Source: Hormiphora californensis | Lineage: Eukaryota; Animalia; Ctenophora | Assembly (NCBI GenBank): GCA_020137815.1 | Contig: CM035355.1 | Location: 1,116,001-1,180,000 of the forward strand | Length of the DNA: 64,000 nucleotides | Direction of reading: 5' to 3' | Shown: positions 12,126 through 25,100 of the stretch, piece after piece | How the letters are laid out: the number at the start of each line of letters is the position of its first letter | How positions within the stretch are numbered: position 1 is the stretch's first letter | The notes under the pieces: generated by a model | Databases searched by the model: none | Seen by the model: the letters and a program-made list of their open reading frames with translations, nothing else | What the model was told of the DNA's origin: nothing | Made by a program: the position numbers and the translations under genes

Positions 12126-15100
12126 TAGGCATTCCCAAGTCCTGTCCCCCTCCCACCTTATTATTTTTTTGGATGGAAACCCCCTATTTAAACCCAAGGT
12201 ATTTCCTTCAACTAAACACCGCCAGGATTTGGGCCCCAAAAGGGCCAGGGGGTTTTTTAAAGAAAATTTTGTTCCCCATTACCAAAAATTCCCCCCCCCC
12301 AACCCAGGCCCTTTGGGGGAAAAAAAACCGCCGCTTTTTGGGGTTGGGAAAAAAATTTGGCCCCCCTAAAAGACCCTTTGGGAAACAAGGGGTTTTTTGT
12401 TATGATAGCATTTTGGAAAAACACATTTTTTTTAAATTTTAAACTTTTAAAGTCAAAAAATGCGGGCCGCTCGCTCCCCCAAATAAAATTTTAAAAAGGG
12501 GTTTAAAGGGCAGGGGATCCTTTGCCCCATGGGAAGGCGGCCCTATTTGCACAAAAATTTTTTTGATCTTTTTAAAAACTGTAATGGGGTTTGGGCTACA
12601 TTTCAAAAATGCTCCCCTAGTACCCCCAATGTTGTAAAAACCGGGGGGAAGGGGTTTTTGCAATTTTTAATAAAAATTAGAAGCACTGAATTTTTGGTTC
12701 ATAGGTCTTTCCTTCCCCCCAAAATTTAAACCCCCGGGTTTTCCTCAAAAAAACTGAGTTAGTGAAGGGGGTCGCTGCCCCCAGTTAACTCATGATGGCC
12801 CAAAAAAAAAAGAAAGGAGTTTAAAAGATTTAAATAAAGAGCTGACAATTTTTTAAATAAATTTATAAATTTAAGTAGTTAAAATTCAAAAACCGATTTT
12901 CGAGGGGGTCCAATTCCCTTGGGGGAATTGGACCGTTTTTGGGCCTTGAAATTTTTTAGCAGCCCCGCACCTGCAGCTGTGGGGATGGCCCCGGGGCCCA
13001 CGGGGTTTTATGGCGAAATTCTTTTAAAATGTGTTTACCCCACCCAATAATGGGAATGTAAAAAGAAAAAGTTAATGCTAAAGCCCGAGAGCTTTGTTGG
13101 CGGGGGGTGTTCGGGTTTAAGGCTTTGGGAACCCAAGCGCATTCCCGGGGGCGGCAACAAAAACTGGCGGTAGTGGGGGATTGAAAACCAAAAAACCGGC
13201 TATTTTGTTAAAGAAGGGGGGGGGGGGGAAGGGTAGGGCCCCTCCCGGGCCCGGGCCCAAATAGGGGGGTTGGGATGTCAATGGGCCCCAGTTGGTGGGT
13301 TTTGGGGGCGGTTCTGTGTCCCGGGCGCCGTTGGACGGTTTTTGGGGTTCACCTTTAAGGGACAATGAGAAGCTTAAACAACTTTACAGACTCCTAACGT
13401 CCCCCTAAGGGGCCCTTTTTTGGGACCCGTTTTTAAAACAATTTTCCCAAACCCAAAATTGTGGGCTATGGGCGGCGATTGGTAAAGTTAAAAAAAATTG
13501 GGAAAAAAAAAGGCCCCAAAGCCCTTTGTACCCCCCCCAAACCTTTTAATCTTTTGGGGGAAAAAAAACCCCCTATTTAAACCCATGTATTTTTTCAACA
13601 AACCCCGCCGGGATTGGCCCAAGGCCGGGGGTTTTTTTAAAGGAAAAAGGAAAAATTTTTTTATTCCTTTCCCCAAAATCCCCCCCCAACCCCGGGTCCT
13701 TGAGGTAAACAACCACCCCGGGGTTTGGTTGAAACAGGGGGAAACCCTAAGACCCTTAAAAAAACCGGTATTTTGTAGCTTTTGAAAAAAAAATTTTTCT
13801 TTTTTTTGTCAATTTTTTGAGCCCCCCAATCCCCGCTCGGGTTTTCCCCAAAATAAAATTAAAAGGGGGTTTATGAGGGGTACCAGGAAACCCTAGTAAG
13901 GGGGGCCTATTGCACTAAACTTTTATCTTTTGGGAAACGGTAATGGGGTTTTCCCGGGGGGCCCCCCCTTCTAAACTGCTCCCAGTACCCAAAATTTTTA
14001 AAAACCCCGGGGGGTTTTTCCCTTTGGATTAAAATTTTTTAAGAAGCATAAATTTTTTGGTTTCATTGCCCAATGTCCTTGCCCCCCGGGGGGTTCCTCC
14101 CCAAAATTGAGTTAGGGCATTTGGATCGTTTGCCCCCCGTTAACTCGATAAGGGTTTCCAAAATAAGAAAGGAGTTATAGATTTAATGGAGTTTTACAAT
14201 TTTTAAATAATTATATAAAGTAAATTTAATTTTTAAATATTTTCCCAAAAATTCCGATTTTTCGAGAGGCCCATTGGCGGAATTGGACCTTTTTTGGTTT
14301 TGAAATTTTTGGGGCAGCCCTCGCACCGCAGCTTTTGTGACGGGGTTCCGGGCCCGAGATCTTATGGCGAATTCTTTTTAACTGGGGTTTTCCCAAACCA
14401 CAAAAATGGGAAGGTAAAAATTTGTAAAAAAAATGCAACCCAAAAGGGGAGAGTTTTGGTTCGGCGGAGTTTCTGGTAAGCTTTGAAAAGGCGCGCTTTT
14501 CCCGGGGGGGCGGCAAAAAAAAGGGGAGGGGGGCGGGGCCCGTTTGGGAAAAACCAAAACCGGGTTACTTGTAAAGCCCACGACGGGGAAAGGAAATTCC
14601 CCCCGGGTCCCCCCCAAAAAAGGGGAGGTGGGATCTTTAAATCGACCAGTTGGTGGGTTTGGGTTGGGGTTTCTGTGTCACCAGCCCCTTTGGGAAATTT
14701 GGTTTTTTGGGGGTTCACCAAAAGGGGGGAAAATGAGAAGTTTCAAAACCTTTACGGACTCCAAAGGGCCCCCTCATTTTTCCCCAATTTGAACCGTTTA
14801 ACAGATTTTCCCAAACCCAAAATTAGGGGGGTTTAAGTCAAGTGAGGGGTTTTGAATTTAAAAAAAAATTTTGGGGAAAATTTAAAAAGGATCCCAAATT
14901 TTTTTTGTACCTCTCCCCCTTATTTCCCGGGGGTGAAAAACCCCTATTTAACAATGTATTTCTTTTTCAAAAACCCACCCCCCGGACGGGCCCCAAAAGG
15001 GGCCGGGTTTTTTTGTTTTTGGGGAAAATTTTTGTTCCCTTTTACCTAACCCCCCCCCAAAAACCCCAAAAGGCCCTTTTGGGAGGAAAACCTCCCATGC

Positions 15101-18100
15101 CGCTTTTTTGGCGTTGCCAAAACCCCTTGGGAAATTAACGGGGGCGCCTTGAACCAAAAGGGGGTTTATGTTTAATGATAGCCAAAGTTTGAAAACAAAT
15201 TTTTTCTTCTAATTTTTTCACCTTTTGAGTTCCCCCCATGCAGCTCGCTCGCCTCAAAAATAGTTTAAAATGGTTTACGCAGGGCCCAGGGAAACCCTAG
15301 TAAGGGGGGCCCCTTTTGCACTAAAAATTTGATTTTGGTTTTGAAACTGAAAGGGGAGTTTAAGGCCCTTTTAAAAAAAGGGCTCCCCTGGGTACCCCAA
15401 TCGTTGGGGAAAAACCGGGGGAAGGGGTTTCCTCCCATTATAATTTTAGCGCACAAATTTTTGGGTTTCATAAGTAATGCCCTTGGGCCCCCCAAAAGTT
15501 ATTTCACCAGGGGGTTTACCCCACCAAAATCGGGGGCTTGGGTTGCATTTGTCGCGCGCCCCCCGGGGGTTTAAAATTGGGGGAAAGGGTTTCAAAATAT
15601 AAAAAAGGGGGTTTATAAAATTTAAAACAGAGTTTGAAAATTTTTAAAATCCAATTTAATAAATTTAAAAGGGAGGTTAATTTTTCCCAAAAATTTCCGA
15701 TGTTGGGAGAGGCCCCCAATTTTGGCTGAAAGGGAAACCGGGGTTTTTGATTGTTGGATTAGACTGAATTGTTTGACGGCAGGGGAGAAAACAAACCGAA
15801 AACCCTAAAACACCTCAAAAAAAGGGGCAAAAATTGTAAAGGAAGGGCTAAGCCAGGAAAATTTTTGGGGGGTTTGGGAGGGTTTTTAAGGGTTTGACAC
15901 GGGCCCGCCACCCCCCAAAATGGGAAAATCGGTAACCCCCAAAACCGGGGAAAAATTGTAAAGAAAAGCGGGAGGGCCTTTGGGTCCCCCCCAAATAAAA
16001 AATTTAAAAAGTTTAAAGGGGGGGGTTTGTTCCCCAAGGGGGGGAATTTTTTGGGGGCAAAGGGACAAGAAACCCGAAAGACCTTAAAGAAACCCCTTTC
16101 CCCCCGGGAAGGGAAAGGTTTTTAAACCAAATATGGGGAAAGGGCCAAAAGGAGGGAAGAAACAAAGGGAAACCCCAAAAGGCGGGCCAAGGTCCGGCCC
16201 CCCCAAATTTAGAAACCCCAGGAAAGGAACCCAAAAAACCAGGAATTTGGGAAAACAAAGGCCAGGTGTTTGGGCCGCCCTTTTAAAAAACCAACCAATC
16301 CCTCCCCAAACCCAAGGGCCCTTGGGAAAATTACGGGTGTTTAAAAGTTTGTGAAAAACCGGGGGCAAAAGATTTTTGGGGCCGGTTTTGACCGGGTTTG
16401 GGGAAAATTTTTTTTCAATTTGGGCAAAGGGAAAAGTTCCACCCAAGCCCCTCCCCTCGGTTACCTTTTTGAAAGGGGTTTTTTAACTGGCAAAAAAAGG
16501 GGGCCCCTAGTAAGGGCTTGGTTTGAATTAAACTTTTAAAATTTAAAAAAAAGGGAAAAGGGGTTTCCATTTATTACCTGGAAAACCCTAAAAACCAAAT
16601 TTTTCCTTTTAAAACCCGGGCCCGGAAGGGGCCATGTTTATTAAGAAAAAAATTTTGGGTTCCCATTTCCAATTTTCCCCCCCCAACCCCGGGTTTTATC
16701 AACAAACGCGCTTTTTAAATTTAAAACCTGGGAAACCCCCAGGGTAAAAAAAGGGGATTTAGTTTTAAACGGGTTTACCCTTTTTTCTTTAATTTGTAAA
16801 ATTTTATTCCCCCAAATTCCAGCCCGTTGGGGGCCCCAAAATGTTAAAAATTTTACCGGGGTTAAAATGTTGAAAGGGGTCCTACCCCACTCGCTGTTAA
16901 AACTGGAAGGGGTTTAGGCAACTTTTTGAAAACCTGAAGGTTTTTAAAAAACCCCTCCGGGGTTTTTCCTTGTAAAAAATTTGGGAAGCCCCGAATTTTG
17001 GGGTTCAAGGGAAGGGGGTTTGGGTTTTAAAATTGAGTGGGCAGGGCGCTTGGGGGGCGGAAAAAAAAAGGGGGTTGGGGGGGGTTTTAAAAAAAAGGTT
17101 TACTTTAAAAAAATTTTTGGGTAAAAAATAACCCCCCCCAAAAATTGGGGAGGGGGAATTGAATGAATTGGGGAGGTTTTTGGGGAAAAGGGTTTAGGGT
17201 CAACCCGCCCTTTTGGGGGAATGGGGGGTTTTGGGGAACCTTTAACGGGACAAAAAAAAGGGAAATTAAAAATTTAAAGAATCTAACCCCCCCAAATTGG
17301 GGGTTTCCATTTGTTCTGGGAAATTTAAAACCGGATTTGGGGCCAAACCCAAAACTTGGCAGTAAGTCGGGGGAAATTTACCCCCCCCAAAGGGAAAAAA
17401 AAAAGGGGCCCAACGCCCGGGGTATTCCAAATTTTCCCGGGCCCCCAAAGTAAAACACTTGGGTATTTTATTTGGGCCGGGGTTTGGCACCAGGCCGGGT
17501 TTTTTGGGGGTTTTTACCATGGGCCCTAAACCCCCCCCCAACCCCAGGCTTTAAGGTCCCCCTCTTTGTTTTTGGTTTTTAAAAATGGACCCAAAAAGGG
17601 GCCAAAACAAGGTTTTGTTGATTAAAAAAATTTTTGCAAACTTTTTTAATTTGTAAAACCCCATTTTTGGTTTTTCCCAAAAATCAGCCGGTTTGGCCCA
17701 AATGAATTAAAAAATTTGGATTCCATTTTACCAATTCCCCTCCCCCCCCAAGGCCTTTGGGGAAAACTAAATTTGGAGGGGCGTTGAAAAAAATGGATTT
17801 CGGGCCCTTAAAAATTTTTTAAAATTTTGCCCCTTTTTCCAATTTGTAAATTTTTTGGCCCGGGGGGTTTTTCCGTTCCAAAATAAATTTTTGAGATGTT
17901 TTTGGTTTAGCAGGGTTTCCACACCAAAGAAAAAGGGGGTTATTTAAACAAATTTTGACTTTTTAAAGTTGGGGGTTGTCGGTTTTCCGCCCCTTACCAA
18001 TGTTGGAAATTTTGGGAAAGGGGTTTTTGCATTAAAATTAAAACCCTTACCTTTCTATTCAATTTTTTAAAAAAGTTAAAGGGTTTTAAATAAAATTACA

Positions 18101-19196
18101 ACATTTCCGTGGCGGGCCCCCCCCAATTTGGAGGGAATTTGGCCTTGGGGGAAAGGGTTTTCCCCCCCCTTATTTCCCCCTATATAAAAATTTTTTTCCC
18201 CAAAAACCCCCCTTTTCCCCAATCCCTTTCCTAAATTGGCCCGTTTTTTCTTAAAATTTTAGCATTTATAGCACCGGCAGGTGAAAACGGCCCTCGAGGC
18301 CACGAGATCTTAGGCGAACTTCGTAACTGTATTTCCCGCACAAAAAAAAGGGAAAAGTAAAAAATGAAAAGTTAATGTAACAGAGAGTTTTGGGGGTTGG
18401 CGGAAATGTTTTTCGGGTTTTAGTGCTTTGAAGCAGGCCTTGCCGGGGGGGGCCCCCAAACAAAATGGCGAGTAGTCGGGGCGATTGAAATAAAAACGGT
18501 TTGTAAAGACCGAGGGGTGGGGCCATTCCCCCGGGCCCGCCAATAGGGGAAAGGGGGGGACGTCAAATGGGACCGTGGGGTAGGTTTTTTTGGGCCCGGG
18601 GGGGTTCGGGTTGTAAAACCAGCCCCTTTGGATTTTTTGGGGGGTTCCCCATAAGGGACAATGGGGCCGCTTCCCAACCTTCTCAGACTCAACGCCCCCC
18701 CCTCATTGTTCCCTTGGGGATATCAGTTTCCCACAGTATTTCCCCAAAAAAAATATGGGCTCTTAAAAGTCGATTTTTGAATTTAAAATTTTTGGGGAAA
18801 TTAAAAGGCCGCCGGGGTTGAAACCTCCCAATTTAAATCTTTGATGAAAACCCCAAGTTAAAAAGGTATTTTTTTAAACTAAACCCCCAACCGGGATTTG
18901 GGCACAAAGGGCCCCGGGGTTTATTTGAAAAAAGTTTTGATTCCTGTCCCTAACCCCCCTTTCCCCCAAAACCCGGGGGTCCTTTGGGGTAACATCCACG
19001 CCCCCTTTTTTTGGGTTTGGGAAAACACTTGGAACCTCCCGACCCTTTGGAAAAAACGCAAAAAGGGTAGTTATGAACCCTTTTAAAAAAAAATTTTTCT
19101 TCTAATTTGCCCCTTTTTTGAGTCACCCATGCAGCTGGGTCGGTCTCCAAATAGAAGTGAAAGGTTTCCCCCTGCAGGATTCCATGCACCATTTAA

Positions 19197-22100
19197 GGGG
19201 GGGGGGGGTGACACGTAACACTTTTTAACACTTTGTAACAGGAAAAAGGCAAAAAAAAGTTTTTGCAATGTTAAAAAGTTTTCCCAAAGTTTTTAAAAAG
19301 TTTTACAAAGTGTTACTTTAGGTTTAAAAAGGGGTTACATAGTTTTTTACATGTGTTACAAAGTGTTACATAGTTTTTAAAAAGTGTTAAAAGTTTTAAA
19401 AAAGGGTTCCCATAGTGAAAAATAGTTTTTAACAAAGGTTACCGTTTTCCCCAAAAGGGTTACTAGTGTCCCACAAGTTTTACAAATTTTTTAAAAAGTT
19501 TTAAAAACGTTTTAACAAATTGTTAAAAAATTGGTTAAAAAAAACCAAAAAAGGGTTTGTGCGAAGAAAATTTTAAAGGGGTTGGTGAAAAAGAAAATTT
19601 TTTGAAGGGATTTTGGGTGTTTTTAAAAACCCCTCTAAAATTTTTTAAATCATTTAGGAACCCTTGGGTCAAGTAAGGGTTTTGATAAACCCCTTTCAAA
19701 CGCCCAAAAAAGGGGGGCCATGGAAAAATCAATTGGAAACCCGGGGGGGGCCCAGTCATTCGAAAAAAAAAAAAACCCTTCCATTGGAATTTCCCAAAAA
19801 AAGAAAGGGAAAAACCCAGCTTACAGTGTGGCCCGTGAAGTTTTATGAAGGAGCACCTTTCCCCTAACAACGCACGAACAAAAGGGACCATACTTCGACA
19901 TTTTATTTTCCAAATTTTAAATGAGATTTTGGGGTTTAAAAAAATAAAATTTTTTACAAAATTTGGGCGGATGTTTTGAGCCCCCGATTCTTTTGGGACT
20001 GTGGGAAATCAGGGCTAAAAAATTGCCCATTTGGTAAAAAAAAAATAGAATTTTAAAGAACAAAGGGTTTAAAGGGTTTTTAGGTGAATTAGAAGTATTG
20101 TGGCCCCTCAGAGGCCCCCAATTTTTTGAGTCACCCCCTGTGGGTAGTTTGCCTCCCAATCATGGGATAAAGCGTGTTTGGGGGGGGTTTTTCTGTGCGC
20201 GGGGTGTGTTAGTTGTCATAGGAAAGGGCCCGTTTCCCGCAAAAAAAATTGTAAGAAAGCAAAAGAAAAGGCGCGCGGTGAAACACCACGAGGTATGCGC
20301 CGCGCAAATTTCAAGGTTTTTTTTGAAATTGTCAGAGTTTTTTAAAACCCCAGAAAAATTTTTCAGTTCCTTTTTTTTTTCCAATTTTCCTTCACGAAAC
20401 CCAAAATCCGTGTTTTAAAATCGGGTTTAATTAAAATGGTGTTTCCCCGGTGCGGCAGCGCCCCCATTTCCCCAAATACCATCCTTTCCCCCCTGGGGGA
20501 AAAGGGGAAAAATAGCCAAAATGTACCCCAGAAACCATGCGAAGGCAGGGTTTTCCAAGGGCCCCTTGCCGAGGATTGAAAGGGGTTTTTTCCTTTTGAT
20601 TTGAACAGACGAACCCAATCCCTAAACCCCCCCGACTTTTTTACTATGCATAAGATTTAATCCAGATGAGAATCTTTTACCCCGCCGGCTCCAGGATTTG
20701 CCCCCAAGCGGGAATGGGTCTTGAGAGAGGCGGCCCAAAAAAAGTCAAAACCCTCCATTTTACAGTCGTGATCGTTGGAAAAACCCCAAAAGAAGGGGTA
20801 TCAGCAACGTGACCCCAAATGCCCGGAACTTAGTTCCAAAATGTCCCCCCAAAAAAAAATCGTTTATGTTGGAAAACCTCCCAGGGAGGGGTCGTGGGCA
20901 CGATAAACAGCCCCCCCCGGGCCCCCACAGAAAAGCGGGAAAAATCCTTTCCTTACTCAAGAAAAGCACCGGGGCCAAATAACCCTTTTTTCCAATTTCG
21001 AGGGGGGAAAGGAAAAAAGGGGGGAAATTTTTTTCTGCCGGGCCCTTTTTTGAGGGACTGGAAAAGAAAAAGAGAAGAACGATCACATGAGTTTTTCCCC
21101 GGCTTTCCAATTTCTCTGCGACGGGCCAAAATTAGAATTTTTGAGAGGGTCCAATTTTCCCCCGGAGGAAAAGAAAGAGTCGTAAGCTGAGGGGATGTCC
21201 GATTTTGCCACCCCAGGCCCGAGAGGGGTCGCCCCCCAGGCAGGGGGGTTTGAACCCCACCCTTCCCACAGGGGAAAATGAGGAAACAACGATTTCCCCG
21301 AAAAAAATCAGGGGGGGTCCCAAGAAAGGGTTCCGGGGGGGGATCCTTATAGGCAAGATAGGAGAAATTTCCAGATGCTAAAATCTCGCAAGATGGCCTT
21401 TCGACAGGGGGGGCCAAGACCATTTTCGAAGTTGGGTGACGAAAAAACCCCAACCCCCAAACGACTTTAAATGTGCAGCCGCGGCCCCAAAAGAAGAAAA
21501 GTAAAGAAAAAAAAAAAAAAAGGGAAATTTTTGCCTTTAGGGGAAAAAAAATCAGGGAAATTCTAAAAAGTTTACGCATAGGGAAAGGTTTGAGAGATTT
21601 TAAAAACCCCAGGTTTCTGGGGGGAAGGGACATTCCCCCCAAAAACAATTTTTGGGGGAAGAGAGGCCAAAAATATCGACGAGTGCTTCCCGGAAAAAAA
21701 ACCTGCCGTTGGAAAAAGAGAAAGGGGCCCTTTCTGGACCCCGTGCAGAAAAGTTTTGATTTAGAGGGAAAGGGCCCCGATTTTTCCCCCAAAGGAGGGA
21801 GGGGAAAAATCCCGGAAAAAGGCAGCCGCCGGATTTAAAAAGAAAATTAAAACCCGTTTGGAAATTTCAAGAAGAGGGCCCAGTCCCAAAAGATTTTGTC
21901 CCAAAACCACCCGGAACCCCGACACCACCCCCCCGAAACAGGGGTTTAAATTTTTTTTAAAGGCCCAAACGGTCGAAAGGAAAGGGAAGGCAAGCTCAGG
22001 TTCGGCCGCAAAGGGAGATGCAGAGAAACAGCCGCCCCGGGGGAGCGGAAGGGGAAAAAAGAAGGGGACGGGGGCCCACCTATCCATCCCGGCCCGGAAA

Positions 22101-25100
22101 AGGGAAAACCTGGTATTCTCCTTTAACCCGGAAAGTGTAAGAAGATGGGCATCAGGGCCCCCACCCCATCTCAGGACAAGAATTTTTTGGGGGAAGAAGG
22201 GTGAACCCCTCCAGGATGACAAAATTGGGGAAAATGACAGAACCAGCCAAGCCCCCGGTGCCCGGGGGCCAGTTCTGATCAGAAAAAAGGGGGACAATGA
22301 CGAAAAAAGGCCCAACCCAGAAAAAGAAAAGAGGCCGAAAATGAAAAAACACCACCGGGATGAAATCAAAAAAATGCAACAAGGTTTTTGGGGGGGAGAG
22401 ATTTTTACACTTTTAAAGCCCGGGAAAACCCCTTAGGCCCGTTGTTTTCTAGGGAAAAGGTTCACAGATTAAACCCCATTAAAAGGACCAAAAGTGTGGA
22501 AAATGGGGGCTCAAATTTGAACGCAACGGCCCGGGGCCCCTCTTCGTGATTTGGAAAAGGGAAACTCCCTAAACCGTTTTTAAAGGGGCCCTTTTGGTGA
22601 GGGTTTAAAATAGGAAAGGGCCATCCAAATGGCACTTTTTTGCCGTTGTGGGGATTTGGAAAACCCCAAACCCGGTTTAGGGACCATTTTCACAAAACAA
22701 GGGGTGATTTGAAAATTTTAAAAGGTGAGGGGTGAGAAAAAGAAAAGGGGCCAGATCCAGTTTCCCTTTCCCCCAAAAAAACCCAAAAAGACAGAAAAGG
22801 TGCCCAGTAAAAATACACCCCCAAAAAACCCCGTATTTCCAACCAAAATACGATGGTGTTGGGGTCGGGGTCCCTAGCAGAAAAAACCCCAAGGTTAAAT
22901 TGGGGCTAAACTCTCCTGGGCCTAACCCGGGACCCCAAAAGATTTTTAGTTGGGAAGAAGCTATGCCCGAGGCAAGGGATGAGGGAAAGGTTTTTTTGAA
23001 AATCCTCAACCTGAAGGAAAACGAAATTGAGTTGAAGCAAGGAAAAAGGGGGGGCAAAGTTTGTCCTGTTTGGGTTACCTTTCCCCAGCCGGGAAACAAG
23101 TGGGGGGAAGGGGAAAAATGCGCCCTTGGGGGGTTTGGGACCCGGGGAGGATGGACCAAAAGAAGAGCTCTTTTAGCTTTGGTGTAGAAAGTTTCCCTAA
23201 GGAACCTGGGGCCCATCTCCCAAACAAACGGGGTTGGGAAAAAAGAATTTTGTGGGAGAATCGGGCCCCTCTTTAGGGTATGACGGGTTTCGATTGGGTT
23301 CCTGCAAAAGTACACAGCTAAGTCAGGCCAAAAAAAGGGGGGGGAGGGGCGGGGGGGCACCCACCTTTTCCCCTGTCCATATAAAATGGAGGCCGGGAAA
23401 AGCAAAAGGGAAAATTGATGAGAGGGTTACGGGGGGGGTCGTCGAAGTACTGCCCCGAGCGATAGAATGGAACCTCCATTTCTCGTCCCAAAAAAAAAGG
23501 AATTTTTACCCCCCCGGCCCCGCCACCGTTATCGAATCGGGGAGCGGTTTTAGGAACGTTCCAAAAAAAGGTCTTTTTTCCACCAACTTTTTACTGGCCA
23601 TCAGACCACGGAATAACAAGATGGAAAAAACAAAATCTTTTCCCCTTTCGGGTTGTCACGCGGCAATTTGGGAGTTTTCCCAAAGATGAAGTTTTAAAAA
23701 AGATAACAGCATTTCTCTCCCAAAAACACCCAAAAGCATTTCGGCCCCAAAAAATGTGATGGGACATCGATCAAAATGGACCGTAATTTTGGGGGAAATT
23801 TTATGGGCCCGGGGTCCTTTGGGTCGTTGGGCCCATTTGAGAAAATAGTCCCAGTTTGTTTTTGATTTAAATTTTATCATCGTTTGCTGTTCCAAAAAAT
23901 ATCTGGAAACCGGGCCAAAGGCCTTGTTAGGCTGAAGGGTGCAAATTGAAGGTTTTTGCCAGAAAAAGTCTACCTTTCTACGACAAAAAGGGGGCTTCCG
24001 TCGGTTTTTCGATAACGGAGGGGAAAATTTCCCGATTTACTGACAAAACGAGTCCCCCTCCCGTCTCCCGGGGAAACCCCCAAAACCAAAAAAGGGAAAT
24101 TTAGCAAGTGAGGGGCGCTAAAATATGTTCGCAAATGGAACCTAACTCCCGCGCCCCTTAGCCAAAAAACCCTACAGCCGCCTTTGGGGGGGGTTAAAAG
24201 ATAAGAAGTTCAAAGGAAAGGAAAAAGGGAAATTTTCAAAAGGGGGGTATGAGGGGAAATGAAAAAGACTAATTTCCAAAACCCCCAAACCCGGCAATAC
24301 CGGAACCATCGAACCCCTTTCAACTTTTATCAAGTTACCTTGCCCATCGATCCCCGGTCTGGGGGGGTTTTGTCCCGAACGGCCCCCCGGTTTGGGGGCG
24401 GGGAAACGAAAATTCGCCACTACAGGGAAAGGGAGTTCCCGAAATACAAGAAAAAACCCCAGGGGCAAACAAGACTTTGGGGGTTTTAAGCCGTGTTTCA
24501 GGGCTTGAAACATTGGAAGGGTATCCCCGACAACCGAAGGGAAATTTTTTACCCGGAAATGTTATTGCTAGTTAAAAACAAAAAGGAACGCTCTTTACAC
24601 ATCCGGCGAAGGGTGTACTAAAAAAGACCCGGAAAATTGCGGGGGTTTAACTTATCTTACGGCCCGTGAAAAGGAGTAAGGGGATAAAGAAAGTTTGTGA
24701 TTGGTTCAAAGATTCCCCCCCAACCCATCTTGGAGGCTCAAAAAAACCCCAACCCCCAGGGGAGCCAGGGTCTTTGAAGATTTCAGACCCACAGATAAAA
24801 TCTTCCGAAGAGCAGACTGCAGCTCCCCCAAATTTTAAAAAGAAGAAGGAAAGACAATGGATCCTCCAAAAAGGACAGAATTTAAAAAATTTAAGGGCCC
24901 CTCAAAAGGGGGAGAAAGATAAAATATCCCCCTGGGGATCAAACCCCAAAACCCCGGTTTTTCATTGTCGATTTTTTACCCTGAAAAAAAATCAAAGGGA
25001 TTAGAGAGATTCCTGCAGAAAAAAAGGGGTTTAGTTTTAAAAAACCCTAGCGGAGTAAAAAAGGGAAGGGGCCCAAATTTTGGGGGTACATCGCACCGGG